Assembly (NCBI GenBank): GCA_025463045.1
Contig: JAOAPT010000050.1
Span: 3,408 to 67,407 of the forward strand
Length of the DNA stretch: 64,000 bases
Source: Candidatus Solibacter sp.
GTDB lineage: Bacteria > Acidobacteriota > Terriglobia > Bryobacterales > Bryobacteraceae
Direction: 5' to 3'
Shown here: positions 37,964 to 46,447 of the stretch, piece by piece
Position numbering within the stretch: the stretch's first letter is position 1
Layout: each line of letters opens with the position of its first letter
The notes under the pieces: model-generated
What the model was told of the DNA's origin: nothing
The model's input: only the letters and a program-made list of their open reading frames with translations
The model's database searches: none
Translations under genes and position numbers: made by a program

Positions 37964-40258
37964 ATGATAAAAATTGATTGGAGCTACTTACCGGCTGTCG
38001 CAATACTCGGCTTGAGCCTGGTAATGCCGCAGGCTGTGCGGGCGCAGGATCAAGGCACCGTCACGCGGATCACCTCCGTTCCGGAGGGCGCGCTTTATCT
38101 GGTGGACGGTCAGCCGTTCAATCACTCCACGAGCGCCATCTGGCCCACGGGCAGCAAACATACGCTTTCGATTCCTTCGGCGAGCCAGAATCTCGGCGTG
38201 CGCACGCTCTACAATTTTATCGACTGGGAATACGCGGGCGGTAAGCTTCCGGGAAGCACGGTGACGGTGACCGCGAGCCCGGCGATCGGCGAGTATAAGG
38301 TGGTATTCGGGATTCAATACGCGATCGGCGTTTCCTACTTCAACTGTCCGGACCCTGCGAACTGCCCGAGTCCCGGAACGATCAACGTGAACGGCACGAT
38401 TATCAATTCCTCGCAGGACGTTTTCGTATCGGCGGGTGGTACGGCATTGCTGCAGGCGTTTCCGAATGCCGGTTATGTGTTCACCGGCTGGCTGCCGGGA
38501 CCCGGACAGGTGATCACGGGCTTTCTGAACAGCGTGACGGTGAATTCGCCGATCGTGGTGTATCCGACGTTTCAGGTGGCGCGCAAGATTAATTTCCTGA
38601 CCGACCCTCCCGAACTGACAATTTTGGCGGATCGCACCCCATTGGGCACACCATCGACGCTCGATTGGGCATTCGATTCGGTGCACACGCTCGGCGCGAA
38701 TTCGCCGCAGCAGGACAAGTACGGGAAAATGTGGGCGTTCAAATCGTGGAGCGACGGCGGCGACCTGAATCATGCGTACAAGGTGGGCCGCTCGAATATG
38801 CCCGATACAGTAACGGCATCGTATGTTCCAGCGGCGGGCGTCAGCATTCTGACTTTGCCGGTGGGCCTGAAAATTAAGGTCGACGGACAATTCAACGCGC
38901 TGAATGGGACTTACTTCGCGTGGGGCGTTGGCGAGACGCATCACTTGGAAGCGCCGCTGACGCAGGTGGACGCGCAGGGACGCACGTGGCAGTTCAGCGC
39001 ATGGTCGAATGGAGGCGCCGCGACGCAGGATGTGGTGGTGCCGACGGGTGGCGATGTCAACGGGTACCGCCTTACCGCGACTTACAAGGCACTTACTAAG
39101 TTGAGCGTCACGAGTTCGCTCACCGGATTGAGTCTGAAGGTGGACGGCGTGGCGTGCGATACGCCTTGCGATGTGCTGCGCAGTCCGGGTACGCCGGTGA
39201 AAATCAGCGCTCCGGCAACGGTGGCGATGGGCGATGGCGCGCGGGCGGATTTCGACGGCTGGCCGGGCGGCGGAACGGATTTCACCGTCACGCTGGCCGA
39301 TACCGATACGACGGTGTATGCGAGTTATCACCGGATGAACCGGCTGAGTTCCCTGAGCGATCCGCCGAATGGCGCGGTCTGGACGGTGCTGCCGGCGTCG
39401 TCGGACGGTTTCTATAATGCCGCCGCGACGGTGGCGCTGAGCCTGACGGCACAGCCCGGCTATCGTTTCCGCAGGTGGGATGGCGATTTGAGCGGTACGA
39501 TTCCTTCGGGCGTGGTGGCGATGACGGCGCCGCGAATGGTGAAGGCGGTGCTGGATACGATTCCCTACATTGCACCGACGGGGATCAGCAACGCCGCAGG
39601 CGCCACGCCGCTGAAGGGCGTCGCGCCGGGCAGCATCATCTCGATCTTCGGCGCGAATCTTTCAGGCGGCGTATTTGTGGCGCCCGATGGCATGCTGCCG
39701 CAAACGCTGGGCAGTTTGACGGCCCGGGTCGGCGAGCGCGTGCTGCCCTTGATGTTCGTTTCGCCGCAGCAGATCAACGCGAACTTACCCGACGATATCG
39801 CGACGGGCCAGCAGATACTGACGGTCAGCCCGAACAATCAGCCGGACGTGCGCGTGGTGTTCAACGTCGTACGCAATGCGCCGGGGTTGTTCCCGGTGCC
39901 GGTGAACGATCAGGCATTTGCGATGGCGGTCCACGAGGACGGCTCGGCGGTGACGACGGATTCACCGGCGAAATCCGGGGAGTTGCTGACGGTCTACGGC
40001 ACGGGCTTCGGTCCGGCGGACCATGCGCGGTTGGAGGGCTTCCCGACTCCCGCATCGCCGGACTATCTGATTGTGGACGACGTCTCGGTGCAGGCCGGCG
40101 ATGTGACGATCGCGGCGACGAAGAGCTTCGCAGCGCCCGGAAAGTTCGGGGTCGACGCGGTGCAGTTCCGGCTGAGTGGTGTTGGCTCCGGTAGCGTGAC
40201 GTTCAAGGTCACGGTGGGCGGAGTGGATAGCAATACGGTGCTGCTGCCGGTGGAGTAA
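37964..40258 (+). CDS. Secreted repeat protein (InlB B-repeat/Listeria-Bacteroides-like modules) with C-terminal TIGR03437 domain
   Basis: Signal peptide plus about 6 modules each carrying an aromatic-x-x-W-x-G motif (FTGWLPG, FKSWSDGG, FSAWSNGG, FDGWPGGG, FRRWDGD). C-terminal APGSIISIFGANL...LMFVSPQQINANLP...LTVYGTGFG...FAAPGKFGVDAVQFRL. Confidence 0.8.
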   Translation: MIKIDWSYLPAVAILGLSLVMPQAVRAQDQGTVTRITSVPEGALYLVDGQPFNHSTSAIWPTGSKHTLSIPSASQNLGVRTLYNFIDWEYAGGKLPGSTVTVTASPAIGEYKVVFGIQYAIGVSYFNCPDPANCPSPGTINVNGTIINSSQDVFVSAGGTALLQAFPNAGYVFTGWLPGPGQVITGFLNSVTVNSPIVVYPTFQVARKINFLTDPPELTILADRTPLGTPSTLDWAFDSVHTLGANSPQQDKYGKMWAFKSWSDGGDLNHAYKVGRSNMPDTVTASYVPAAGVSILTLPVGLKIKVDGQFNALNGTYFAWGVGETHHLEAPLTQVDAQGRTWQFSAWSNGGAATQDVVVPTGGDVNGYRLTATYKALTKLSVTSSLTGLSLKVDGVACDTPCDVLRSPGTPVKISAPATVAMGDGARADFDGWPGGGTDFTVTLADTDTTVYASYHRMNRLSSLSDPPNGAVWTVLPASSDGFYNAAATVALSLTAQPGYRFRRWDGDLSGTIPSGVVAMTAPRMVKAVLDTIPYIAPTGISNAAGATPLKGVAPGSIISIFGANLSGGVFVAPDGMLPQTLGSLTARVGERVLPLMFVSPQQINANLPDDIATGQQILTVSPNNQPDVRVVFNVVRNAPGLFPVPVNDQAFAMAVHEDGSAVTTDSPAKSGELLTVYGTGFGPADHARLEGFPTPASPDYLIVDDVSVQAGDVTIAATKSFAAPGKFGVDAVQFRLSGVGSGSVTFKVTVGGVDSNTVLLPVE

Positions 40259-40276
40259 CGGCTGCGCGCGGGATAG

Positions 40277-40338
40277 GGAGTCAGGAGTCAGAATCAAGGC
40301 GCGGTTGGCGCGCATTCTGGCTACTGACTCCTTTTTTT
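40277..40338 (+). terminator. Intrinsic terminator after the 37964 gene
   Basis: Long hairpin with arms GGAGTCAGGAGTCAGAAT and ATTCTGGCTACTGACTCC, plus an inner GCGCG/CGCGC stem, followed by TTTTTTT. Confidence 0.85.
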
Positions 40339-40375
40339 ATTTGGGCGACACAAGTGATGAAGAGCTGAGCGCCAT

Positions 40376-40470
40376 CGGAGCCGCGACGGTAAGGGAGCGG
40401 TGGTCACGCGACCACCGCTCCGTTGAGGAACGCACTCCAATCAGAGCCGCGACCGTTAGGGAGCCCGCAT
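40376..40470. repeat. Palindromic dispersed repeat, copy 3 (plus an extra half-copy)
   Basis: GGAGCCGCGACGGTAAGGGAGCGGTGGTC-ACGC-GACCACCGCTCCGTTGAGG..., then a second left arm AGAGCCGCGACCGTTAGGGAGC. Confidence 0.8.
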
Positions 40471-40774
40471 CTAATTGAACTACACGGATCCTTAAGACCA
40501 TTAGCACGGGTGTCACAGTCCGGACCGTGATGGAATGTACGGGTTACGTCGATCTGGCCTTAGTAGGCAAGGCATTTGGCTACTCGATAATCTTCTCGAC
40601 GAACCACCTGCTTATGTGTCGTCTGAAATTCGGAGGTTCTCGATCCGTCAACACTTCGCCGTCAGGCAGGATCTACGCGTTCCATCAGCAGGCCATATCT
40701 CATCATCGACGTTATCGCCGGATGCTGGCCAGCGTCTCGTCCTAATTGGGCGATCATGCGCATGCGATGTCCTG

Positions 40775-41530
40775 CTATGCTCGCTTCTGGTTGCCTGTCA
40801 GCACAGCCGCCAGAAACCGGAGCTCAGACTCCACTTCCGCGGGATCGGCCACCGTATCCGCGATTTCCTGGCGAAAGAGTTCGCGGTACCTCTTGCGAAG
40901 CCTGTGAATCGCGACTTTGAGCGCTCCCTCTGAGGTATTCATTTCGAGCGCTAGCGCGGCATACGGCGCATCGGACCGCCCGAGAAGAAAAACTTTCAAC
41001 TGGTCGAAATGCTCCGGGCGGCCGTGACGAACGAACTCGGTCCGCAATTTCTGCACGACTTGGTCGAGCACCGAAAGCGCCCAGCGCCGCTCGAAGAGTC
41101 GCTCGGGCGTCTCATCGTGCGCAGGCTCGCGTTGGTAGCGGTCTTCGCCAGACGAGAATTCGAGCGAGACAACCGCCCCGCCGCCCCGTTTATGCGCGCG
41201 CTGGCGATCTTCTTCGTCAGCGACAAAGAACTTCAAGGAGGTCAACAGAAACGACCGGAACCGGCCCTTTTCCGGGTCAGCGCGATCAAGATATCGCCCT
41301 TCCAACATCCGGATAAAGAAGTCCTGCGTAAGGTCCTGAGCCTGATCGGTAGCATAGCCGCGGCGGCGCAGATAGGCGTACAACGGATACCAGTAGTTCT
41401 CACACAGAGCGACCAGAGCTGATCGGGCTTCCTTCCGATGGGGATCGCCGGCGGCGAACACCATGGTCCACCGCGTGGCCGGAAACTGGGATGATCCCGG
41501 CGACGTGTTGTGCATGGTCCGGTCGTTCAT
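40775..41530 (-). CDS. ECF-type RNA polymerase sigma factor (Ser/Thr-kinase-associated type)
   Basis: N-terminal TRWTMV...ALVALCENYWYPLYAYLRRRGY..AQDLTQDFF (region 2) and ALEMNTSEGALKVAIHRLRKRYRE (region 4). GAGGA Shine-Dalgarno before the ATG at 41530. Confidence 0.88.
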   Translation of the reverse strand: MNDRTMHNTSPGSSQFPATRWTMVFAAGDPHRKEARSALVALCENYWYPLYAYLRRRGYATDQAQDLTQDFFIRMLEGRYLDRADPEKGRFRSFLLTSLKFFVADEEDRQRAHKRGGGAVVSLEFSSGEDRYQREPAHDETPERLFERRWALSVLDQVVQKLRTEFVRHGRPEHFDQLKVFLLGRSDAPYAALALEMNTSEGALKVAIHRLRKRYRELFRQEIADTVADPAEVESELRFLAAVLTGNQKRA

Positions 41531-41550
41531 TTTCGTTTCCTCTAAACAGC

Positions 41551-41581
41551 ATAAGGAATCGGACGCCAAAGGTTACAGCGC
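41551..41581 (-). promoter_or_regulatory. Candidate ECF-type promoter upstream of the sigma gene
   Basis: The minus strand reads GCGCTGTAACCTTTGGCGTCCGATTCCTTAT, ending 20 nt before the ATG. It shares a 13-mer and an 8-mer with 44725-44756. Confidence 0.5.
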
Positions 41582-41584
41582 GGG

Positions 41585-44500
41585 CTACAGCTTCGCGTAC
41601 TCTGCTTTGGCGCTTTTCAGGATCGGGACATCGGGATCTGCTTCCCTCCAGACCGCCAGGAAAGCTTCATAAGCAGCCTTCGCCTTGATCTTGTCTCCCG
41701 ACAACACGAACACTCTCCCGAGTTGCAAATGCGCCAGTGCGCCGATTGGATCCAAGCCCACAAGGCCACGATGATTGCGGATCTTCTGAAACTCGGCCCC
41801 GGCTTCCGCGTTCCTGCGCGCACCCATGAAAGCCTGGCCCCGCACGTACGCCGAGTGCAAACCGCCAAGAACGGGATACAGAAAGTTGAGGCCATTCACC
41901 GCGAACTCATACGTACGCGTGATTTCCAGCCGCTCTACGCTGTCCGTGAACTTGCCTTTTCCCTGTGAGGCCAACGCGCGCAGGACCGGCGCGTAAGTAA
42001 ATTTCACAAAAGTATCTTCCGGGAATCGCTTCTCCAAATCGCCGGAGAGAGCCTCGGATCGGGCCGAACCCCCCGGGAGCGCCAAGGCGAGACCGGCGGC
42101 GTATTCGACATCCCGGCCCGTCGACAGTTCGAGCGCGGCCATCGCGGCCGTCCGTGCTTCGGCGGAATTCCCGCAAAGGGCCTCCCACACGGCTCGGGCG
42201 GCGATGAAAGTCGCGGCTACTTCCCCTTCCCCTTCTTGCAGGGCCAGGTCAACAGCGCGCCCGGACGACCGCCGCGCAGCCCGTAAATGGCCGGAACGGG
42301 CAAGAGCGAGTGCCTCCGCGTGGGCGATCCAGTGTTCAAGCGCACGGTTTCCGCTAGCCGAAGTTGCAATCCGGTCCATCTGCTCCCGGTCTCCCTTTAA
42401 CGCCGCGAGGTTGTATTGCAGCATGGACAGCGAGGGCCTTTGCACCTTGCGCGCGGCGGCGCGCTGAAGCGTGTCTTCAGCCGCCGGGAAACGGTCCGTG
42501 TAAAACTGGGCCAGTGCGAGATTGGAATACGGGGCTGCAAGGCCGGGCTCCGTCGCAATTCCGTCCAGCGCGGCTTCCATTGTCCTTTCGAATCGGCCCG
42601 TCCCCTGCGTGGATATTCCGCCGAGCAGATCCTGGGCATTGGCGACCGTCGCGGCTCGCCTGGGATAGGTCTGTCCCCACAACTCGAGCGTTTTGTACGC
42701 CTTTTCCAAATTGCCGGTCACCTGCCGGTCATAGACGAAGTCGATGAAAAATCTCTCTCGATCCGTGACGTGATCGCGCAACAGCCACGCTTTGGTAGCG
42801 TACTCGGCGGACAGCGCCCGGTCGTTGCCGCCGTTGCCGCCGTACCCTAACCCCAACTTCGCGTAAGCCATCGCAAAGTTGGGATCGATCTCAATCGCAC
42901 GGAGTAAAAGAGGTAGGGACCCCCGCCCCCAGTTTTCGGAGGACAGGCTCAACTTAGTCGCGGTGCTGTAGGCTTTGAAGGCTTCAAACGACGGTGTAGT
43001 GGCTTCGGAGAGCGGCATCGAGTGCTTCTCCACTGTTGCCAGCGACTCGCCCGCTCTCGTTCGAAATTTTCGCGACATCTCGCTGAGGGCATTCAAGACT
43101 TCCTCTCTCCGCGTGGCTACCACCTGCTGCTGATCTAAGATACTTCCGGTGTTGCAGTCCTTCGCGCGAAATCCCACGACGTATTGGCTTCCAACACGTG
43201 CGATCGAGCCGTCCAGGACAGCCGCGCTGCCGGTTCGCTCGCAGACCTGCCGAGCGATCTCCGGAGTCAGCCTGGCGTCTTTGGGCTGTCCCATCAGGGT
43301 CAGCGTCTGCTGGACCGTTCTGTCCGCAATCAGAGCGAGATACGGCGACTGTTGAAGTTCCACGGACATCCCCTCGCGCAGTGTGTCCTCAAACACCGGA
43401 TCGCCAGTTTTGTTGTCGAAGTCGGCCAGCACGATGGTGTCCTTTGCGGTCAGCTTGGGTCGCGCCGCGGAATCACGCGCCAACGACCAGACCGTAACGC
43501 CGCTCAACAAGAGGAATGCCGCTCCCGCGGTTGTGCCCAGGACCGCCATTCGGTGCCTGCGGAGAAGCTTGCGCGTCAAATAGATCCGGCCTGGAGGCGA
43601 GGCCAGCACGGGCCGGTCCTCCAGATACCTCTGGATATCGGCCGCCAGATCGGAAACCGAGGCATAGCGCCGCGCTCGAACTTTCTCCAGCGCCTTCATG
43701 CTGATCGCATTCAAATCGCCACCCACAAGGCGGCGAAGCGAAACTGCGTCGGTCTGGCGGCGCGCGGCGATGTCGGCCGCCCTCGCTCCCATTGAAGTAA
43801 GCTTACGCGGCAGTGACGGCGCTTCCTCCTCGCGAATGATCCGCAGCATTTCCGCTAAACCAGCGCCGCGCAGCGTGGCCGTTTCGAACGGTACAACTCC
43901 GATCATCAACTCGTACAGAATGACGCCGAGCGAATACACATCCGAAAGCCCGTCGATGGCTCCCGTCATCGTGTCCGCTTGCTCCGGGCTCGCGTACTCC
44001 GGTGTGCCGACGATCTGGCCGAACTGCGTGAGCAGCGTGTTCTCCACGGCCCACTTATCGGTAGCCTTCGCGATGCCGAAGTCGATCACCTTGGGAACCG
44101 GCGTGCCGTCCTGCTCGGTCACCAGCACGTTCGACGGCTTCAAATCGCGGTGGATCGCGCCTTTTTGGTGCGCATGTTGGACCGCACGGCAAATCGCGAG
44201 GAATAACGCAAGCCGGTCCTTGGCGGTCAAGCGCTTGCGATCGCAATACTCTGTGATAGGTGCGCCTTCGATGTACTCCATCACGAAGTACGGCCGCCCT
44301 CTGGTGGTCGCGCCGGCGTCGAAGATCCGTGCAATGTTCGGGTGGTCCATCATTGCCAACGCCTGACGCTCGTTGTCGAAACGAGCCAGCACCTGGGCAG
44401 TATCCATTCCGAGCTTCACAACCTTAAGAGCCACGCGCCGGCGAATGGGCTCGCTTTGCTCGGCCAGATACACGGTGCCCATACCACCTTCGCCAAGAGG

Positions 44501-44683
44501 ACCAATTATTCGATATCGGCCGAAGTCGTCATCACCCGGCGCCGTCGCTATCTCGAGGGTCTGAGTTCCGGATTCTTCTGCTCCGGCCAAACTATCGAAA
44601 GCGCCCAGGATAAGACACTGCGGGCACAGTCCGGCGGGATCGCCGGAACCCAATTCCGCTCCGCACTGAGGGCAATTTGACAT
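41585..44683 (-). CDS. Ser/Thr protein kinase with N-terminal Zn-ribbon, one TM helix and a long TPR-like C-terminal region
   Basis: CPQCGAEL..CPQC ribbon. Hanks motifs VALKVVK, HRDLKPSNVL, DFGIAK and GTPEYASPEQ. TM segment AVLGTTAGAAFLLLSGVTVWSL, then ~600 aa of helical repeats. ATG at 44683 is preferred over the TTG at 44692. Confidence 0.92.
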   Translation of the reverse strand: MSNCPQCGAELGSGDPAGLCPQCLILGAFDSLAGAEESGTQTLEIATAPGDDDFGRYRIIGPLGEGGMGTVYLAEQSEPIRRRVALKVVKLGMDTAQVLARFDNERQALAMMDHPNIARIFDAGATTRGRPYFVMEYIEGAPITEYCDRKRLTAKDRLALFLAICRAVQHAHQKGAIHRDLKPSNVLVTEQDGTPVPKVIDFGIAKATDKWAVENTLLTQFGQIVGTPEYASPEQADTMTGAIDGLSDVYSLGVILYELMIGVVPFETATLRGAGLAEMLRIIREEEAPSLPRKLTSMGARAADIAARRQTDAVSLRRLVGGDLNAISMKALEKVRARRYASVSDLAADIQRYLEDRPVLASPPGRIYLTRKLLRRHRMAVLGTTAGAAFLLLSGVTVWSLARDSAARPKLTAKDTIVLADFDNKTGDPVFEDTLREGMSVELQQSPYLALIADRTVQQTLTLMGQPKDARLTPEIARQVCERTGSAAVLDGSIARVGSQYVVGFRAKDCNTGSILDQQQVVATRREEVLNALSEMSRKFRTRAGESLATVEKHSMPLSEATTPSFEAFKAYSTATKLSLSSENWGRGSLPLLLRAIEIDPNFAMAYAKLGLGYGGNGGNDRALSAEYATKAWLLRDHVTDRERFFIDFVYDRQVTGNLEKAYKTLELWGQTYPRRAATVANAQDLLGGISTQGTGRFERTMEAALDGIATEPGLAAPYSNLALAQFYTDRFPAAEDTLQRAAARKVQRPSLSMLQYNLAALKGDREQMDRIATSASGNRALEHWIAHAEALALARSGHLRAARRSSGRAVDLALQEGEGEVAATFIAARAVWEALCGNSAEARTAAMAALELSTGRDVEYAAGLALALPGGSARSEALSGDLEKRFPEDTFVKFTYAPVLRALASQGKGKFTDSVERLEITRTYEFAVNGLNFLYPVLGGLHSAYVRGQAFMGARRNAEAGAEFQKIRNHRGLVGLDPIGALAHLQLGRVFVLSGDKIKAKAAYEAFLAVWREADPDVPILKSAKAEYAKL

Positions 44684-44724
44684 CTGGACCAAAGTCTCAG
44701 TGCTCAGTTTAAGGGTTTCTCAGG

Positions 44725-44756
44725 GCGCTGTAACCTTCACACCCGCGTTTCCTTAT
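44725..44756 (+). promoter_or_regulatory. Candidate ECF-type promoter upstream of the 44810 gene
   Basis: GCGCTGTAACCTTCACACCCGCGTTTCCTTAT. Same 13-mer and 8-mer as upstream of the sigma gene. Ends 53 nt before the ATG. Confidence 0.5.
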
Positions 44757-44809
44757 TCGTGCCAGGTGAGCCGAATTGGGCTGGCCAATCTACCAAAAGG
44801 AGATTACGT

Positions 44810-45850
44810 ATGAACCTTCACACCCCGCTAAGAGGGAAAACAGCTTTTGCGATGGCTCTCTGCGCCGCCGCGTGCTCTCAATTCAGTTCGGCCCAAGTCG
44901 CGCCGCCTGTGATTCTACAGATCGACCTGACAAACAACGTTGTGTATTTCCAGGACACCACAGACGTTTCCAAGTATGCGACGGATCCCAACGTCACCAC
45001 TCCAACAGCCATCCCGCGAAATTTCTACAGGGTTGAAGGTATCGCCGACATCGTGGCCGTAAATGGCCAGCCGTTAAAGGGGACTTACGCCAACTCCGTG
45101 GCGGCCTTCGTTTTGAGAACGGCGCCTACGCCGGGTCAAGGAATCTCTGACACTGTGCGGCAGGCAGTGGGCGTGATCACCTTCGAATTCTTGAGGAGCG
45201 ACGGTACCCCGATCGGGACCATTGTGACTAGCGGCTTGCCGGCCGGCGATGCGCCGCCGGGATCTCCTACGGCTGCGGCGGGAGGCAACTTCGCGATCAC
45301 CGGGGGTACGGGAGCGTTTCTCGGTGCTCGCGGGCAAATGTCAGTCGCGGCTGCAGCGCCGGGAGTGGTTACACAACGGAATGCCTCCATCACGGAGGAC
45401 CCCGCGAACCGCCAACGCAATGGAGGCGGAACCGTGCGGTGGATCGCCCACGTGATCCCAATGGCGCGCCCCGAAGTTACGATGCTCTCATCGGGTCCCG
45501 CCATCACCCATTCCAGCGACTTCTCTCTCGTCACGGTGGCCAAGCCGGCAGCGCAAGGAGAGATCTTGTCGCTCTTTGCGACGGGCCTCGGCCCGGTCAC
45601 CGCGAGAGTTGACCCTGGCCAACCTTTCCCATCGAGCCCTTTGGCGGCTGTCAACGCACCCGTCCAGGTGACAGTCAATGGAAAGGCTGCCGAGGTAATC
45701 GCCGCGGTGGGCTACCCCGGTGCTGCGGACGCATACCAGGTGAACTTTCGAGTACCCCCCGATACCGCAAGAGGACCTGCAACCATTCAGGTAACCGCGG
45801 CCTGGGTTTCAGGAGCGCCAGTGAGTATTCCGGTGCAGGAACGCCCGTAG
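44810..45850 (+). CDS. Secreted protein: dirigent/AOC-barrel-like N-terminal region plus TIGR03437-type C-terminal half-domain
   Basis: AAAGGAG Shine-Dalgarno and a signal peptide. FAITGGTGAFLGARGQ resembles the dirigent-like GGTGxFxGARG motif. C-terminal ILSLFATGLGP...VTVNGKAAEVIAAVGYPGAADAYQVNFRVP. Confidence 0.75.
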   Translation: MNLHTPLRGKTAFAMALCAAACSQFSSAQVAPPVILQIDLTNNVVYFQDTTDVSKYATDPNVTTPTAIPRNFYRVEGIADIVAVNGQPLKGTYANSVAAFVLRTAPTPGQGISDTVRQAVGVITFEFLRSDGTPIGTIVTSGLPAGDAPPGSPTAAAGGNFAITGGTGAFLGARGQMSVAAAAPGVVTQRNASITEDPANRQRNGGGTVRWIAHVIPMARPEVTMLSSGPAITHSSDFSLVTVAKPAAQGEILSLFATGLGPVTARVDPGQPFPSSPLAAVNAPVQVTVNGKAAEVIAAVGYPGAADAYQVNFRVPPDTARGPATIQVTAAWVSGAPVSIPVQERP

Positions 45851-46072
45851 CAATATGGGCGCCGGCGAGTGGCGGGGCCGGGTTCAGGACGAAGCCTCTA
45901 ATCGGCTACGCTGAGGCGTGTGAGCCTCGCCCCTCTACGACTTCTCTGGATTGGACATTCACTGGGACATGATGGTCCCCCAGTCGCGGAAGTGCTGGCG
46001 ACCGACGCTTGGCTGCGTGACCACAGTGAGCATTTCCCAAGAGTTGTCCATCTGCCGACTTCACCACCTCAA

Positions 46073-46371
46073 TCATCTGTTCGCCTCCGGCTCGATGCCC
46101 ATCCGATCATTGACAGCCTCTCGGAACTTCTGTTTGCATCCGAGGTAGCGCTCGGTGGTCTGGATCGAGACGTGCCCAAGCAGAAATTGAATCTGATCCA
46201 GTTCGCCGCCGGCAAGGTGACACAGCCTTGCGCAAGTACGACGACTATGCCGCATGCGGCATAATCGCTCTTGGAGGTTAGGCTACTCAGGACTGCCGCC
46301 TTCGATTGTTCAAGATCGGGAAGGGCCAAGACTCGTTTGGGGGTTCGCTTCTTTCTTCGAGTTTTCGGCAT
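46073..46371 (-). pseudogene. Tyrosine recombinase (phage-type integrase) relic with internal deletion and frameshift
   Basis: The N-terminal ~35 aa (LPDLEQSKAAVLSSLTS) are joined directly, in a different frame, to the C-terminal catalytic tail (RRTCARLCHLAGGELDQIQFLLGHVSIQTTERYLG). About 300 bp remain where roughly 1 kb is expected. Confidence 0.8.
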
Positions 46372-46447
46372 TGGACGGCGGCCTCCTTGACCGCCGTCCG
46401 GTTAGGACGCTCACTTCTGCTCTGGTACCTCGTTGATGGCCGCAAAA

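Noticed and set aside
40527-40933. ORFs 40527-40745 and 40535-40933 in the low-GC tail.
   Set aside because: They have no motifs and atypical composition. One overlaps the sigma gene antisense. There is no SD or credible start context.
45851-46072. 56-codon minus-strand ORF (MIEVVKSADGQLLGNAH...) just downstream of the integrase relic.
   Set aside because: It is too short, has no recognisable motif, and lies in decayed DNA. It cannot be supported from sequence alone.
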